Positions 29,013 through 39,019 of a DNA stretch of 59,600 nt are shown here, one piece after another. Both the position numbers and the translations under genes were made by a program. Numbering within the stretch: the first letter of the stretch is position 1; each line of letters opens with the position of its first letter. The DNA lies in the NCBI GenBank assembly GCA_041287745.1, contig JBGGMZ010000179.1, positions 1-59,600 on the forward strand. Direction: 5' to 3'. This stretch comes from Chthoniobacter sp. Lineage in GTDB: Bacteria; Verrucomicrobiota; Verrucomicrobiia; Chthoniobacterales; Chthoniobacteraceae. The notes under the pieces were generated by a model that saw only the letters and a program-made list of their open reading frames with translations, had not been told where the DNA came from and did no database searches.

Positions 29013-31097
29013 ATGAGACGTCGCTTAATTACCTCATTCACCCTCACCACCTGTCTGCTCAGCGGGATCAGTCTGCTCCGTTCCTCGAACCTGGCTGCCG
29101 CGGAACCGAAGGAGGCAACCAATTCCATCGGCATGAAGCTCGAGCGAATCGAACCGGGCACGTTCGTGATGGGGCAGGACGGGCCAGCCGCGGATTACAA
29201 GACCACGCAGCACGCCGAACGTTGCGACCAGGCAGACTGGGACGAAAAGCCGGCGCATCGGGTGAAGATCACCACGCCATTCCTCATCGGCAGCACGGAG
29301 GTGACAAACGCGCAATACCGCCAGTTCAAGCCCGGCGCGAATCGCGAGGGAAAAGACGACGAAGCCGCTAATTTCGTGAGCTGGAACGACGCGACGAAAT
29401 TTTGTGAGTGGCTCTCAGCAAAGGAAGGGAAGCCGTATCGGCTGCCGACCGAGGCGGAGTGAGAATACGCCTGCCGCGCAGGAACGACGACGCTCTTTCA
29501 TACCGGCGATCGGTTGCCGGACGGATTCCAGAAATGGAAATTCAACGACAAGTTTCTCAGGCGCTTCTTTACCAAAATCATGAAGTATCCGAGCGACTAT
29601 CGTGACTGGCCGGCGGAGGCGCCATTGCGCGTCGCGCAGACACCAGCGAATGCGTTTGGTCTTTTCGACATGCACGGCAACGTTGAGGAGTGGTGCCGTG
29701 ATTGGTATGGGCCGTACGAGGCGGGTGAGCAGACTGATCCGGCAGGGCGGGTGGACGGCGATTTTCGGGTGGTGCGTGGTGGCAGCCATTCCGATTTCAC
29801 GCGCATGCTCCGCTCGGCGAACCGCACAGGACTTTTGCCGGAAATGGCGAATGAGCAGACTGGCTTCCGCGTGGTGCTCGGCGAGGCGCCCAAGACCACG
29901 CCGCTGCTGGTGCCTCCACCGCCGCTCAATGCACGCGACGTGAGCCAGGCCGCGCCCCCGCCGGTGGAAAAGGTGACCAAACCCTTCTTCAGCGGTCCGA
30001 AGTCGTTCGTGAAAGTGCCGCCCGACCTGGCCGGCCCATTATTTTCGAATCACAATCACAGCCCGGCCATCGCCGAGTGCCCAAATGGCGACTTGCTGGC
30101 GGTGTGGTTTTCCTGTGGTGATGAAGGTGGCTCCGAGTTGGCGGATATCGCAAGCCGCTTGCGTCGCGGTGCGACGGAGTGGGAGGACGCCTCGCCCTTT
30201 TGGGATGGCCCGGACATCAACGATCACGCACCAAAGCTGTGGTTTGACGGCGAGCGTACGTTGTACTTCTTCGCGAAGAGTTTTGCGGGCGACATCATGC
30301 GAACCTCGACCGATAGCGGCGCCACGTGGTCCAAGGCGCGACTGTTCCAGCCCGAAGGGGAGATCGGCAACATGCCAATTCGTACTAAGGAAGGCGCCAT
30401 GCTTCTTCCGCTGGATAACAATAAACCAGGCACCAGCCTGAACATCAGCCGCGACGGCGGGCAGACGTGGACATTCACACCGGGGCGCGGCAAACCGGAC
30501 TTCCATGCGGGTGGGAATGGCACACGCTTTCCTGGCATTCACAATGCCATCGTTGAACTGGCCGATGGACGGATCATGGCGCTTGGTCGATTCGATCTCC
30601 CGGAGGAGCAGGAGAAATTCAACTTCCGCATACCGCTGAGCTTCAGCAGCGATCTCGGCAAGACATGGACCTACGAGGCGAGCGCGTTCCCGGCGATCGG
30701 CAGCGTGCAACGCGCGGTGTTGTTGCGGCTGCACGAAGGGCCATTGCTCTTTTGTTCATTTACCGATGAGCAGCGTTACTGGCCGAAGCGCAAAGGCCTC
30801 CCGTTCAAAGCCGCCGAAGGAACCGAGTTCACGGGGTATGGATTGTTCGCCGCCGTGTCCTTCGACGAAGGAAAGACGTGGCCCGTGCAGAAGTTCATTA
30901 CTCCAGGCGGACCAGAGCGCACGGTGCTCGGAGTGGATAAGCACGAGTTTGCACTGAGCGAGACGATGGCCGAGCCGTCGGGCTATCTATCCGTCTGCCA
31001 GACGCGCGACGATCTCATTCAACTCATCAGCAGCAAGAACCACTACGTCTTCAATCTCGCGTGGCTGAAGGAGCTGCCGCCCGCGCCGAAAAAGTAA
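29013..31097 (+). pseudogene. FGE/SUMF1-domain + Asp-box sialidase-domain fusion interrupted by an in-frame TGA (29460-29462)
   Basis: One continuous frame: signal peptide, NSIGMKL..GTFVMG, YRLPTEAE*EYACRAG (* at the conserved Trp), NAFGLFDMHGNVEEW, RGGS, GFRVV, then Asp-boxes STDSGATW, SRDGGQTW, SSDLGKTW, SFDEGKTW. Confidence 0.8.
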
Positions 31098-31103
31098 TCG
31101 CGG

Positions 31104-31580
31104 CTATTGCTCGCAACGTTCCAGCGTAAATTCGCAGGGCGGATAATCCTGCGCGCTTGTGCGCTCGAGCAGCGCGTCGCAGAGATCCGACAGCCGTTTG
31201 AAATCGGGATTGTTATCGTCCTGCGCGAGCTCTGTGGCGGCGGCACGGAAAAGCGTGAGGCTGGAGACAAGTTTATATGCGTCCGTCGAGCCGCCCATGA
31301 CCTGTTCAATGGGAGCGCCGCGGGACAAGTGTTCCGCAACGGCGCTGGCGATCTCCTCATAGTGCGCGCGCAACAGCGGGTCGCGCAGATAGTTGCAGGC
31401 CTCCTCGAGATCCCCCAGTTCGTATTCCCGCGCGGTGGAGGAACGACCGAGGCCGCCGATCTGCGGAAAGATATACCAGATCCAGTGGCTGCTCTTCTGC
31501 CCGGCGCGCATCTCTGCCAGAGCGGTGGCATACCCGCCCCATTGGCTGGCTTGCGCATGATGAAAGCGTTGCAGGGACAT
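31104..31580 (-). CDS. DUF1810 family protein
   Basis: LQRFHHAQ..ALAEMRAGQKSSHWIWYIFPQIGGLGRS and KLVSSLTLF signatures. Confidence 0.85.
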   Translation of the reverse strand: MSLQRFHHAQASQWGGYATALAEMRAGQKSSHWIWYIFPQIGGLGRSSTAREYELGDLEEACNYLRDPLLRAHYEEIASAVAEHLSRGAPIEQVMGGSTDAYKLVSSLTLFRAAATELAQDDNNPDFKRLSDLCDALLERTSAQDYPPCEFTLERCEQ

Positions 31581-31669
31581 GGGAGGCAAAGAAGACAATG
31601 AGACAAAACTACCGAGAGACAATCGGAAAGTCGCGTGGCCGTGGCCGTCTCAATAATCCTACGTATGGG

Positions 31670-34600
31670 CTATGTGCGCACCGTTTGGCCTCGCCGCGAG
31701 CGGCGCATGCGCTGGACACCGAGCAGGCAGCCGAGGCCGCCGAAGAGGGAAACGAAGGTGCCGGGCTCGGGAACCACGGCGAGCAGGGCGACGTCGTTGC
31801 CGCCGCTCAAGGAGTTACCCGAGAAATTCGCCAGATAGGTGATCTGGTAAGATTGCGAACCCAGCGAGAAGACCGATCCCTCGCCCAGGTTGGTGGCTAC
31901 CTGATTGAGCGACGCGAACGTGCCACTGATCGGGCCGCCGCTGTTGATGGTAAGGAAGAAGATGTCGCCGTTGACGGGAGTGTAGCCCGTGGTGAGCAGG
32001 CTGAGCTTCAAGTCAGCACCGTTGAGCGTCAGCGCGCCGGTGGTGGCGAGATGATCCGACACATCGCCGCCCGCCGTGCCGTCGCCGAGGCTGCCGGTGA
32101 AGGCAGAGCTGCGCCCGATCTGCAGCAAGAGGCGGGCGGAACTGGCAAAGGTGACGCTGGTCGCATACAGGGTGACGCCGGTATTCGAGGTGCTCGTGCC
32201 CGCGTGCGGATTGAGCATCGCGCCACTGTTGCCCGCAGCCACGCCGACCGTCACGCTACCCACAGTTCCACTGCCGCCGAAGGTGACCACCTTGGCTAGG
32301 TTCGTGGCATCGCCAATGGTCGTCGCGCTGCCGGTGAGTGAGCCGCTCACGACCACCGTGCCGCCTTTCACTTGCGTCGCGCCGGTGTAGCCATTCGCGC
32401 CCGACAGCACGACAGCACCGGAGCCGGTGCCGGTGAAGGTGAGACCGAAGCCGCTGCCACCGTCCCCGATGTTGCCGGAGAAGACCGTGGCGGCAGTGGT
32501 GTTTTGCGTCAGCGTGCGGTTGCCCGTGAGCGTGACCGGGCCGGAGAAGATCAGCGATTGATCGGTGCCCGTCGAAGCCGGCACGGTGCTATCGGCCGCG
32601 AACGACATCGGGTTGGCAATGGTGAGGTTCGCCACGCTGGTCGCCGCACGGATCGCGCTGCCGCCGAGAATGACCGTGCCTGTACCAAAGGGCCCGCTCG
32701 TCGGCGCGCCTGCCGGTCCCGTGGAACCGGTCTGCGGAATGACCGTGGCCACGGTCAGCAGCGTATTGCCCGAATAGGTGCTCTGCTGCGGCCCGATGAT
32801 GAGCGTGCCCGCCCCGTAATAGGAAACGCCGGCTGTGCCCGTGATGACCGCAGTAATGGTGGGATTGGCCGCAGCGCTGCTATTGATCGTGATGATCCCT
32901 TCGGCATTTCCGAAGTCGAGCGTGCCACCGATGATCGCCGAGGTCGCTCCGGAGGAAAACAAAATCGCGCCGCTGGAGACTTTCAACGTCTGCCCACTGG
33001 CAATCGTCAACGCACCGCCGTCGAGCAGCAGGGAGTTGATGGTGGCGCTGGCGTTGAGCGTGATACCGGTAGTCGTGGTCAGCCGGGTATTGGTGCCCGT
33101 GACAAAAGCGTTCTGGGTGAATTCATCCGTCGGATTCAGTGGGCGGAAGCCGGTCGTCGCGTTGTAGGTGACAAAGGTATCCGCCGTGCCGGTGATGGTG
33201 CCTGCCCCGCCCGTGGTGCTGGTCGCTTCACCGAGGAGATACGGTACGATCTTGGTATTTTGCGCGGCGGCATTGATGCCCGTGTTCGACGCGTCCGTCG
33301 TGCCCACGAGCGTCGGTGCGGTGCCGCTCACAAGGATGTGACCCACGTTACTGATGGCATCCTTGCCTAGTCCCACACCGTTGAGCAGGGCGATGCCGCT
33401 GTTTGCGGTGTGCGTGATCTGCCCGGCGGTGAGGGTGGCGAGGTTTCCCGTACCCGCTGTGACCGTGATCTTGGAAATCGCCGAGTTGAGGGCGAACGTG
33501 CCGACTGTCTCGCTGGAATTCGTCGTCGTTTGATCGGACCCGGTGAAAAGGAAAGCGCCACCCTTCATCGTGAAGACGGCCGAGTCGGAAATGCGGTCCG
33601 TGTTGTTGTTGCTCGCGCCGGCGTTGTTCAGGGCGAAAGTACCGCCGTTGAGCGTGAAGGCCGTGGAAGCGAGCTTCGCATTCATCCCCAGCGTGGAAAT
33701 CGCGCCGCCGACCTGCAGCGTGCCGGTATTCACCGTGGTGCTGCCGGTGTAGGTATTGGCCGCGAGGAGGACTTGGGTGTAGGCGCCGCCCTTCACCAGC
33801 GAAAGTCCGCCGGTGCCGTCCGCCAGAATACCGGAAAAGTTAAAGGTATCCGCAAAGGTCGGGTCGGCCAGGCTGAGCACGGAGGCCGGCGAGGCCGCGC
33901 TGTTGAGGATGGTCAGGGTGCCGCCGGAGGTGTAGTTCGCGCTGGTATCGAGAGCCTTGAGAGTGAGGACACGACCATTCAGGTCGAGCGTCATCGTGCC
34001 CGGGATCGCCGGGACACTGGCGATGACCGAGAGCTTGCTGCCAGAGTTGATGGCATTGTCCACGCCGATCTTGATCGTGGCCGCGCCCTGGGCATCGGAA
34101 AACATCTGGGTATCCGCGGTGTAGGTGCTCACGCCATTCAGCAAAGTGGTGCCGCCACCCCGGCTGAAGAGGATGCTATTGACCGTGCCGCTCGTGCTGA
34201 TGGAACCGGTGATGGTCAGCGTCCCGCCGCCCACGGGACCGACGCGGCTGGCATCCATCGCGACGATGATATTGCCGGCCCACTCCGCGCTGATTCCCAC
34301 GGCCGTCTGTAGACCGCCGAAGTTATTCCCGCCGGAACCGCTCACCGTGAGAGTTTCGCCGGTGACTTTGGTGCCTGCCACATTCAGGACGAGGCGGCCG
34401 CCATTCTGCACAGTGGTGCCGGCGGCGGTGCTGCCGAGGGCGCCATTACTGTTCACGTTCAAGACGCCGCTGCCACTGACCGTGACGGTGCCGGTGAAGG
34501 TATTCGCGCCATTCAGCCCCGAGGTGCCTGCGCTGGCGGCGAAGGAGGAGTTGCCCGTGATGATGGCCGTGGCGCCCTCGCTGAAGCTTCCGCCGGTCAC

Positions 34601-35851
34601 GCTGATCGCGGTATTGTTGAGCGAGGCTCCGCTTGCGAGCACGAGCGTGCCGGCGCTGACCGTCGTCGCCCCGGAGTAAGTATTCGCCCCGCCGAGCGTC
34701 AGGCTGCCTCCGCCGGACTTGGTGAGGGCGACGGTACCAGTGCCATCCTTGATATTACCCGTGTATGTCGTCGTCGCCGTTTGGTTGACCGTGAGAAGCG
34801 AGGGCGTGAGGCCGTTGTTCGTGATGAAACTGCCGCCAGTGCCACCGCCGGCGCCCGAGCGCTGCAGCGCGGCGACCGTTTGGCCGAAGCCATTAAGATC
34901 GAAGGTGGAATCCTCCGCCGCGGTGCTTTGGTCGACATCGAGCACGGTGACGACGGGCAGGGCGTTCGTCGCCCCGATCTTGAGGATGCCGCGAATGATC
35001 TGCGTGGGGCCGGTGTAGGTATTTGTCGTGCCGGAAATGATCACCACGCCCGGCACCACTGCGAGAGGTGCGCCGCTGACGGTGAGGGTATTACCCGTGC
35101 CATTTTGAATGACGCCGCTGACCGTGAGCACGCCGCCATCCTTCGCGCCAATGCGTGTGCCGGGATTGCTGGCATCCAAAAGGGCTAAACTGATCGTGCC
35201 CGCCCACGTCGCGGTGGCGCCCGCCTCCGCCTCCAGCGCACCCGCGGAATTGATGCCATTGCCGACGGGTGTGATTGTCTCACCAGTGACCGTCACTCCA
35301 TTCGCCAGGATCACCGCCGCGCCGCTGGCGACTGTGGTGGTGCCCACCGTCGAGCCGAGCGCCGTGTTGCTCCCGACTTTCAGCGCGCCGACGTTGACCG
35401 TGACATTGCCGTCGTAGGTGTTGTTACCCGAGAGCACGAGCGTCCCGGCCCCGGCTTTGGTAATGCCGCCCGAGGCGATGGCCGCGCTGATCGTGGCCGT
35501 ATCGGCGAGATTCGTGACCGTGATCGTGCTCGGAGCAGCCAGATTCAGGCTGCCATCGCTCGTCAGGTCGCCGATGTTCCAGTTGTTCGAGTTGAAAGTG
35601 ATATTGCCGGCGTTGATCGCGCCGTTCACATCCACCGTTACCGCTGTGCCGGTGAAGATGGCGTTGTTGCTCGTGGTATTGATCCACGTCGTATTGCCGT
35701 TCCAATTTGCCGTCCCCGTGTCCCACACGTGGCTGGCGTTCGTCTGGTCGTAGGTCTGATCCGCGGAGACTTTTCCGGCAGCGATGATCCCGGCTCCAAG
35801 CAGGAGCCATAGGATGGAGCGGGAACAGATGCGGGAGTTTGGAAACGACAT
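31670..35851 (-). CDS. PEP-CTERM surface protein with autotransporter-associated beta-strand repeats
   Basis: Signal peptide; repeats such as TKAGAGTLVLSGNNTYDGNVTVNVGAL and TKSGGGSLTLGGANTYSGATTVSAGTL; C-terminal VPEP-TM-RMRRSRR. Start may instead be 35869. Confidence 0.92.
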   Translation of the reverse strand: MSFPNSRICSRSILWLLLGAGIIAAGKVSADQTYDQTNASHVWDTGTANWNGNTTWINTTSNNAIFTGTAVTVDVNGAINAGNITFNSNNWNIGDLTSDGSLNLAAPSTITVTNLADTATISAAIASGGITKAGAGTLVLSGNNTYDGNVTVNVGALKVGSNTALGSTVGTTTVASGAAVILANGVTVTGETITPVGNGINSAGALEAEAGATATWAGTISLALLDASNPGTRIGAKDGGVLTVSGVIQNGTGNTLTVSGAPLAVVPGVVIISGTTNTYTGPTQIIRGILKIGATNALPVVTVLDVDQSTAAEDSTFDLNGFGQTVAALQRSGAGGGTGGSFITNNGLTPSLLTVNQTATTTYTGNIKDGTGTVALTKSGGGSLTLGGANTYSGATTVSAGTLVLASGASLNNTAISVTGGSFSEGATAIITGNSSFAASAGTSGLNGANTFTGTVTVSGSGVLNVNSNGALGSTAAGTTVQNGGRLVLNVAGTKVTGETLTVSGSGGNNFGGLQTAVGISAEWAGNIIVAMDASRVGPVGGGTLTITGSISTSGTVNSILFSRGGGTTLLNGVSTYTADTQMFSDAQGAATIKIGVDNAINSGSKLSVIASVPAIPGTMTLDLNGRVLTLKALDTSANYTSGGTLTILNSAASPASVLSLADPTFADTFNFSGILADGTGGLSLVKGGAYTQVLLAANTYTGSTTVNTGTLQVGGAISTLGMNAKLASTAFTLNGGTFALNNAGASNNNTDRISDSAVFTMKGGAFLFTGSDQTTTNSSETVGTFALNSAISKITVTAGTGNLATLTAGQITHTANSGIALLNGVGLGKDAISNVGHILVSGTAPTLVGTTDASNTGINAAAQNTKIVPYLLGEATSTTGGAGTITGTADTFVTYNATTGFRPLNPTDEFTQNAFVTGTNTRLTTTTGITLNASATINSLLLDGGALTIASGQTLKVSSGAILFSSGATSAIIGGTLDFGNAEGIITINSSAAANPTITAVITGTAGVSYYGAGTLIIGPQQSTYSGNTLLTVATVIPQTGSTGPAGAPTSGPFGTGTVILGGSAIRAATSVANLTIANPMSFAADSTVPASTGTDQSLIFSGPVTLTGNRTLTQNTTAATVFSGNIGDGGSGFGLTFTGTGSGAVVLSGANGYTGATQVKGGTVVVSGSLTGSATTIGDATNLAKVVTFGGSGTVGSVTVGVAAGNSGAMLNPHAGTSTSNTGVTLYATSVTFASSARLLLQIGRSSAFTGSLGDGTAGGDVSDHLATTGALTLNGADLKLSLLTTGYTPVNGDIFFLTINSGGPISGTFASLNQVATNLGEGSVFSLGSQSYQITYLANFSGNSLSGGNDVALLAVVPEPGTFVSLFGGLGCLLGVQRMRRSRRGQTVRT

Positions 35852-36046
35852 GAACGATAGGAGGGCCATCGAATCATGTGAACCCTGAGGGACACGCGTA
35901 CGACGGAGCAGAAACTCAGCACAGGCTGGGCATTGTGTCCAAAGCCAGATGGAAGAAATTTCTTAGCTCGTGTTGTCGAGCTTTCTGCCACCGGTGCAGT
36001 TTAGTTAACGCACGGTCATCGCTCGGATAACCATGCGCAATGGATA

Positions 36047-37126
36047 CTATTGCGCAGCCTTTTTTGCCCCGTGTCTCAGATCCTTCAGGCAGTTCGGATC
36101 CGCCGGCACCGGTTGTCCCACGGACTCCACCGGCTGGGTGAAGAGATAGCGCCACACATCCTCGTGGATGTATTTGCCGCCCGCGTCCTTTACCGCCGCG
36201 CCGCCCGGGACCACCGAACTGTGCGCGCGCTTCGCATCGCCGGCGACATCGGCATCGGTGATGAGACGGCGAGTGTTGCCGTAGGGCGCCGGGGTCTTGT
36301 CCACATTCACGATCGGGCCAAATTGATTGAGCTTCAGCAGCTCCCAAGAACGGCAGTAGTGGCCGCCGGTCCAGCCGCTATCGAGCACGTGGCTGAAGGC
36401 GAAGAAACGGTTCGCGGGCGTGGCGGGGTTCAGGCCCTGCCAGTTTTCATATTGGTCGCGCGGACCGCAGAACATCACCACGCGATCCACTTTCTGGTAG
36501 ATGGCGAAGCGTGCCGCCGTGGTCGAGCCATGCGAGGCGCCAGACATGATCACGCGATCCCAGCGCAGCCCCTTGCCATCCGGGCTGAGGAAATAATCCC
36601 AGCGTCCCTGCGGATTCGTCTTCGCGAGGTATTTCACGAACTGATACGCGCGCTCCATCATCCCATCGGGCTTGGGGATATTCACCTCCGGCGAGAAGTC
36701 TTCACCCGTTGCCGCCTCGAGCCGGATCTTGCCGAGAAATTGCTCATCGGCGGGCGCGGGTTCCTTGCCAAATTTATCGAACCAGCCATTGGCGTACGGC
36801 ACACGCAGGATGTGCAGCCCGTAGCTATTCACGTGCTCGAAAAGCGGCGCGCTGTAGCCCATGAGCCAGATCACCAGCTTGCCCTGTGGCGTCACGCGCG
36901 TGTCCACCGAGGCCTCTTCGCTGTCCGCCGGTTTACCATCTTTCTCGATCAGGAAATTGATCTCCGGGTGCGCCTGCACGCGGGGATCGACCACGCTCGC
37001 CCGCGCTTTCAGTTCATAGCGCTTGGCGGCGGGGTCATTGAATTTCAGCGGAGCATCCGCAGCACGCGAAGAGGCGACGAGGGCGACGAGGGCGACGAGC
37101 AGGAGATACGGGAGGAGGTTTTTCAT
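36047..37126 (-). CDS. secreted alpha/beta hydrolase-like hypothetical protein (BPSS1187-like)
   Basis: Signal peptide; SGASHG nucleophile-like motif; AHSSV near the C-terminus. Confidence 0.7.
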   Translation of the reverse strand: MKNLLPYLLLVALVALVASSRAADAPLKFNDPAAKRYELKARASVVDPRVQAHPEINFLIEKDGKPADSEEASVDTRVTPQGKLVIWLMGYSAPLFEHVNSYGLHILRVPYANGWFDKFGKEPAPADEQFLGKIRLEAATGEDFSPEVNIPKPDGMMERAYQFVKYLAKTNPQGRWDYFLSPDGKGLRWDRVIMSGASHGSTTAARFAIYQKVDRVVMFCGPRDQYENWQGLNPATPANRFFAFSHVLDSGWTGGHYCRSWELLKLNQFGPIVNVDKTPAPYGNTRRLITDADVAGDAKRAHSSVVPGGAAVKDAGGKYIHEDVWRYLFTQPVESVGQPVPADPNCLKDLRHGAKKAAQ

Positions 37127-37156
37127 GGGGAGGGATCAAACACAACAGGGGTGAAA

Positions 37157-37393
37157 TTAGGGGCCGGTTCGGGGAGGTAACCAGAGCCGGACGTACAGTC
37201 CGACCACAAAATCGAACGGAGGCGAATGTTCCCCCAGCCAGATCAAGGGTTTGTAGAATGCCAGAACGCCGTTGGAAGGGAGTCCCAATGGAGAAGTATT
37301 CAGCCGCAGATCCATCATGACCACGGGCCCCGTGGAGAGCACATAAAGCACGGGAAGAAGAGTGAGGAGGACGGCGGCGTAATGCGACTTCAT
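37157..37393 (-). CDS. small membrane hypothetical protein
   Basis: Hydrophobic N-terminus LYVLSTGP, FYKPLIWL; fills the gap in a same-strand run. Confidence 0.6.
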   Translation of the reverse strand: MKSHYAAVLLTLLPVLYVLSTGPVVMMDLRLNTSPLGLPSNGVLAFYKPLIWLGEHSPPFDFVVGLYVRLWLPPRTGP

Positions 37394-37453
37394 ATCCGCG
37401 AGTTTGGGGAACTGGCTTCTTGTTAGTCGGCTTCCGAGATGCTGGCGAGACGA

Positions 37454-38392
37454 TTAGTGCGCAGGAGATTTTGTCGTCACCGTTTCCAGCCAGCGCAAAA
37501 GCAGATCCGGCCACTGAGTTGCTGGAAACCCACGCTGCACTCGCTGGGGAATCAGGTTGCCCACGCCGTGGCCGCCTTCATCGAACACTTCGAGATGCAC
37601 CGGCACGCCGAGTTTTTGCAAATCGGCTGTGATGGCCCGCGGCAGCTCGATGGGAGCGCCGCCGGTGATGCCGTCGTTGGTCGCGTGCACGAGAAAGACC
37701 GGCGGCGTGTCCTTCCCGAAAGTGAAGGGCGACTCCTTTTGTCGCCAATGCCAGGTGGCCAGCCCCACGGAAAAATCGGGGCGGCAGCTTTGGCGATCGA
37801 TGGGATCGAGCGCCTCGGCATTTCCCGCATCGAAGTGGCTGGTGAGATTCATTGCGAGATTCGCGCCTGCGGAATAGCCGACGATACCGATGCGGTGCGG
37901 ATCGATGCCCCATTCACCGGCCCGCTGACGGACAAGACGCACCGCGCGCCGGGCATCGAGCAGCGCGATCTGCTGGATGTCTTCATTCGTTTTTCCATTC
38001 GGTGGCCGCAGCCGGTATTTGAGCCCGACGACCGCGACGCCTTTGGCATTGAAGACCTGCGCGGCGTAGACCACGTGCGTCTTCCAGTCGAGCGCTCCAT
38101 AACCGCCGCCGGGGCAAATGACGATGGCCATTCCAGTGCGCAGGTTTGCCGGCGGAAGATACACGCTGATCGTCGGCACACTGACATTCTTGATGTGCGC
38201 GTTCTTATCCACGGTCTCCGCCGGCGCGCCTTCCGCGAAGCGAGGCGGTTTCTCCGGCCAAAGGGGAATGGGTTCCGGCGTGGCGTCGCCGAGTTGCTCG
38301 CGGAGCGCGATTTCGCTTAGAGACGGATCCGCGGCTGTCGCTCGCAAAGCGGCGCAGGCCAATATTACTGCGAAGAGCTGGAGTGTTTTCAC
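37454..38392 (-). CDS. secreted alpha/beta hydrolase (acetyl-xylan esterase-like)
   Basis: GTG start overlapping the upstream TAG; ICPGGGY, GYSAGAN, HATND and GGHG motifs. Confidence 0.88.
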   Translation of the reverse strand: MKTLQLFAVILACAALRATAADPSLSEIALREQLGDATPEPIPLWPEKPPRFAEGAPAETVDKNAHIKNVSVPTISVYLPPANLRTGMAIVICPGGGYGALDWKTHVVYAAQVFNAKGVAVVGLKYRLRPPNGKTNEDIQQIALLDARRAVRLVRQRAGEWGIDPHRIGIVGYSAGANLAMNLTSHFDAGNAEALDPIDRQSCRPDFSVGLATWHWRQKESPFTFGKDTPPVFLVHATNDGITGGAPIELPRAITADLQKLGVPVHLEVFDEGGHGVGNLIPQRVQRGFPATQWPDLLLRWLETVTTKSPAH

Positions 38393-38754
38393 TAGCGGGG
38401 GATCGATTGTGCCGGGAGCAGACCCTCTTTGCTGCGGTGCATCCATTCCATATAGGAAAGATAACGGTTTGTATGGTCGACGTAGAAGAGCAACGCCATT
38501 CCGCCAAAACACAATACGCAAGCGAGCGGGATGGTCCGTCGAGCAGCCCAGTGACCGCGCGTGAAGAGGCTGAGCACACCGGTTGGAAGAAAGATCGCAG
38601 CGGCGTACCACGGGTCGAAGGAACTGGTCTTGATGCCGGGGGTGCGAATCGCGGAGGTGATGTGGCAGATGGTGATGAAAGAGAGAAAGATGCCGAACCA
38701 GGAAAGGAGCAGCAGCGTCTGGTAGTCGCGGCGGACTGGGGGGAGGTCTTTCAT
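38392..38754 (-). CDS. membrane hypothetical protein (about 3 TM)
   Basis: Three hydrophobic segments; stop overlaps the next start (TAGTG). Confidence 0.6.
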   Translation of the reverse strand: MKDLPPVRRDYQTLLLLSWFGIFLSFITICHITSAIRTPGIKTSSFDPWYAAAIFLPTGVLSLFTRGHWAARRTIPLACVLCFGGMALLFYVDHTNRYLSYMEWMHRSKEGLLPAQSIPR

Positions 38755-38878
38755 GGTCTCGGAGACCAATCGCCAAAAGGGAAGCAACTTGGCAAGACGG
38801 CTATCCGGTGCGCGGCTGTGTCATAGCAGGGAGGAAAAGTTGACAACGCTGCCGTCCTCGGCGATCTAGGCGCCTCAC

Positions 38879-38950
38879 ATGCGTTCCATCTCTGCCAACT
38901 CCATTATGATCATTGCGATCATTATTGAGTCCCACTCGGGGCAGAGATAG
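38879..38950 (+). CDS. Ile-rich attenuator leader peptide MRSISANSIMIIAIIIESHSGQR
   Basis: 23 codons with 7 Ile, 6 of them in codons 9-16; directly upstream of a terminator and ilvA; TTGACA at 38840-38845. Confidence 0.88.
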   Translation: MRSISANSIMIIAIIIESHSGQR

Positions 38951-38985
38951 ACGCGCGCTGATCCATCGCCAGTCTAAAATCTCTG

Positions 38986-39019
38986 AAGCCCTGAGTTAAC
39001 CGCTCAGGGTTTTTTGTTT
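38986..39019 (+). terminator. attenuator intrinsic terminator upstream of ilvA
   Basis: GCCCTGAG-ttaaccg-CTCAGGGT stem followed by TTTTTGTTT, ending 14 nt before the ilvA ATG. Confidence 0.88.

Noticed and set aside
29013-29900. FGE/CLec domain as a diversity-generating retroelement target, or the TGA as selenocysteine or an alternative code
   Set aside because: No reverse transcriptase or template/variable repeat pair is visible; the TGA replaces Trp rather than Cys; TGA is a normal stop in neighbouring genes.
31670-35851. Repeats as a CRISPR array or DNA tandem repeat
   Set aside because: They are degenerate protein-level repeats inside a CDS; there is no constant-length repeat-spacer pattern and no cas gene.
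38393-38776. 128-aa N-terminal extension of the 37454 hydrolase ORF
   Set aside because: It overlaps a separate membrane-protein frame; the signal peptide starts at GTG 38392.
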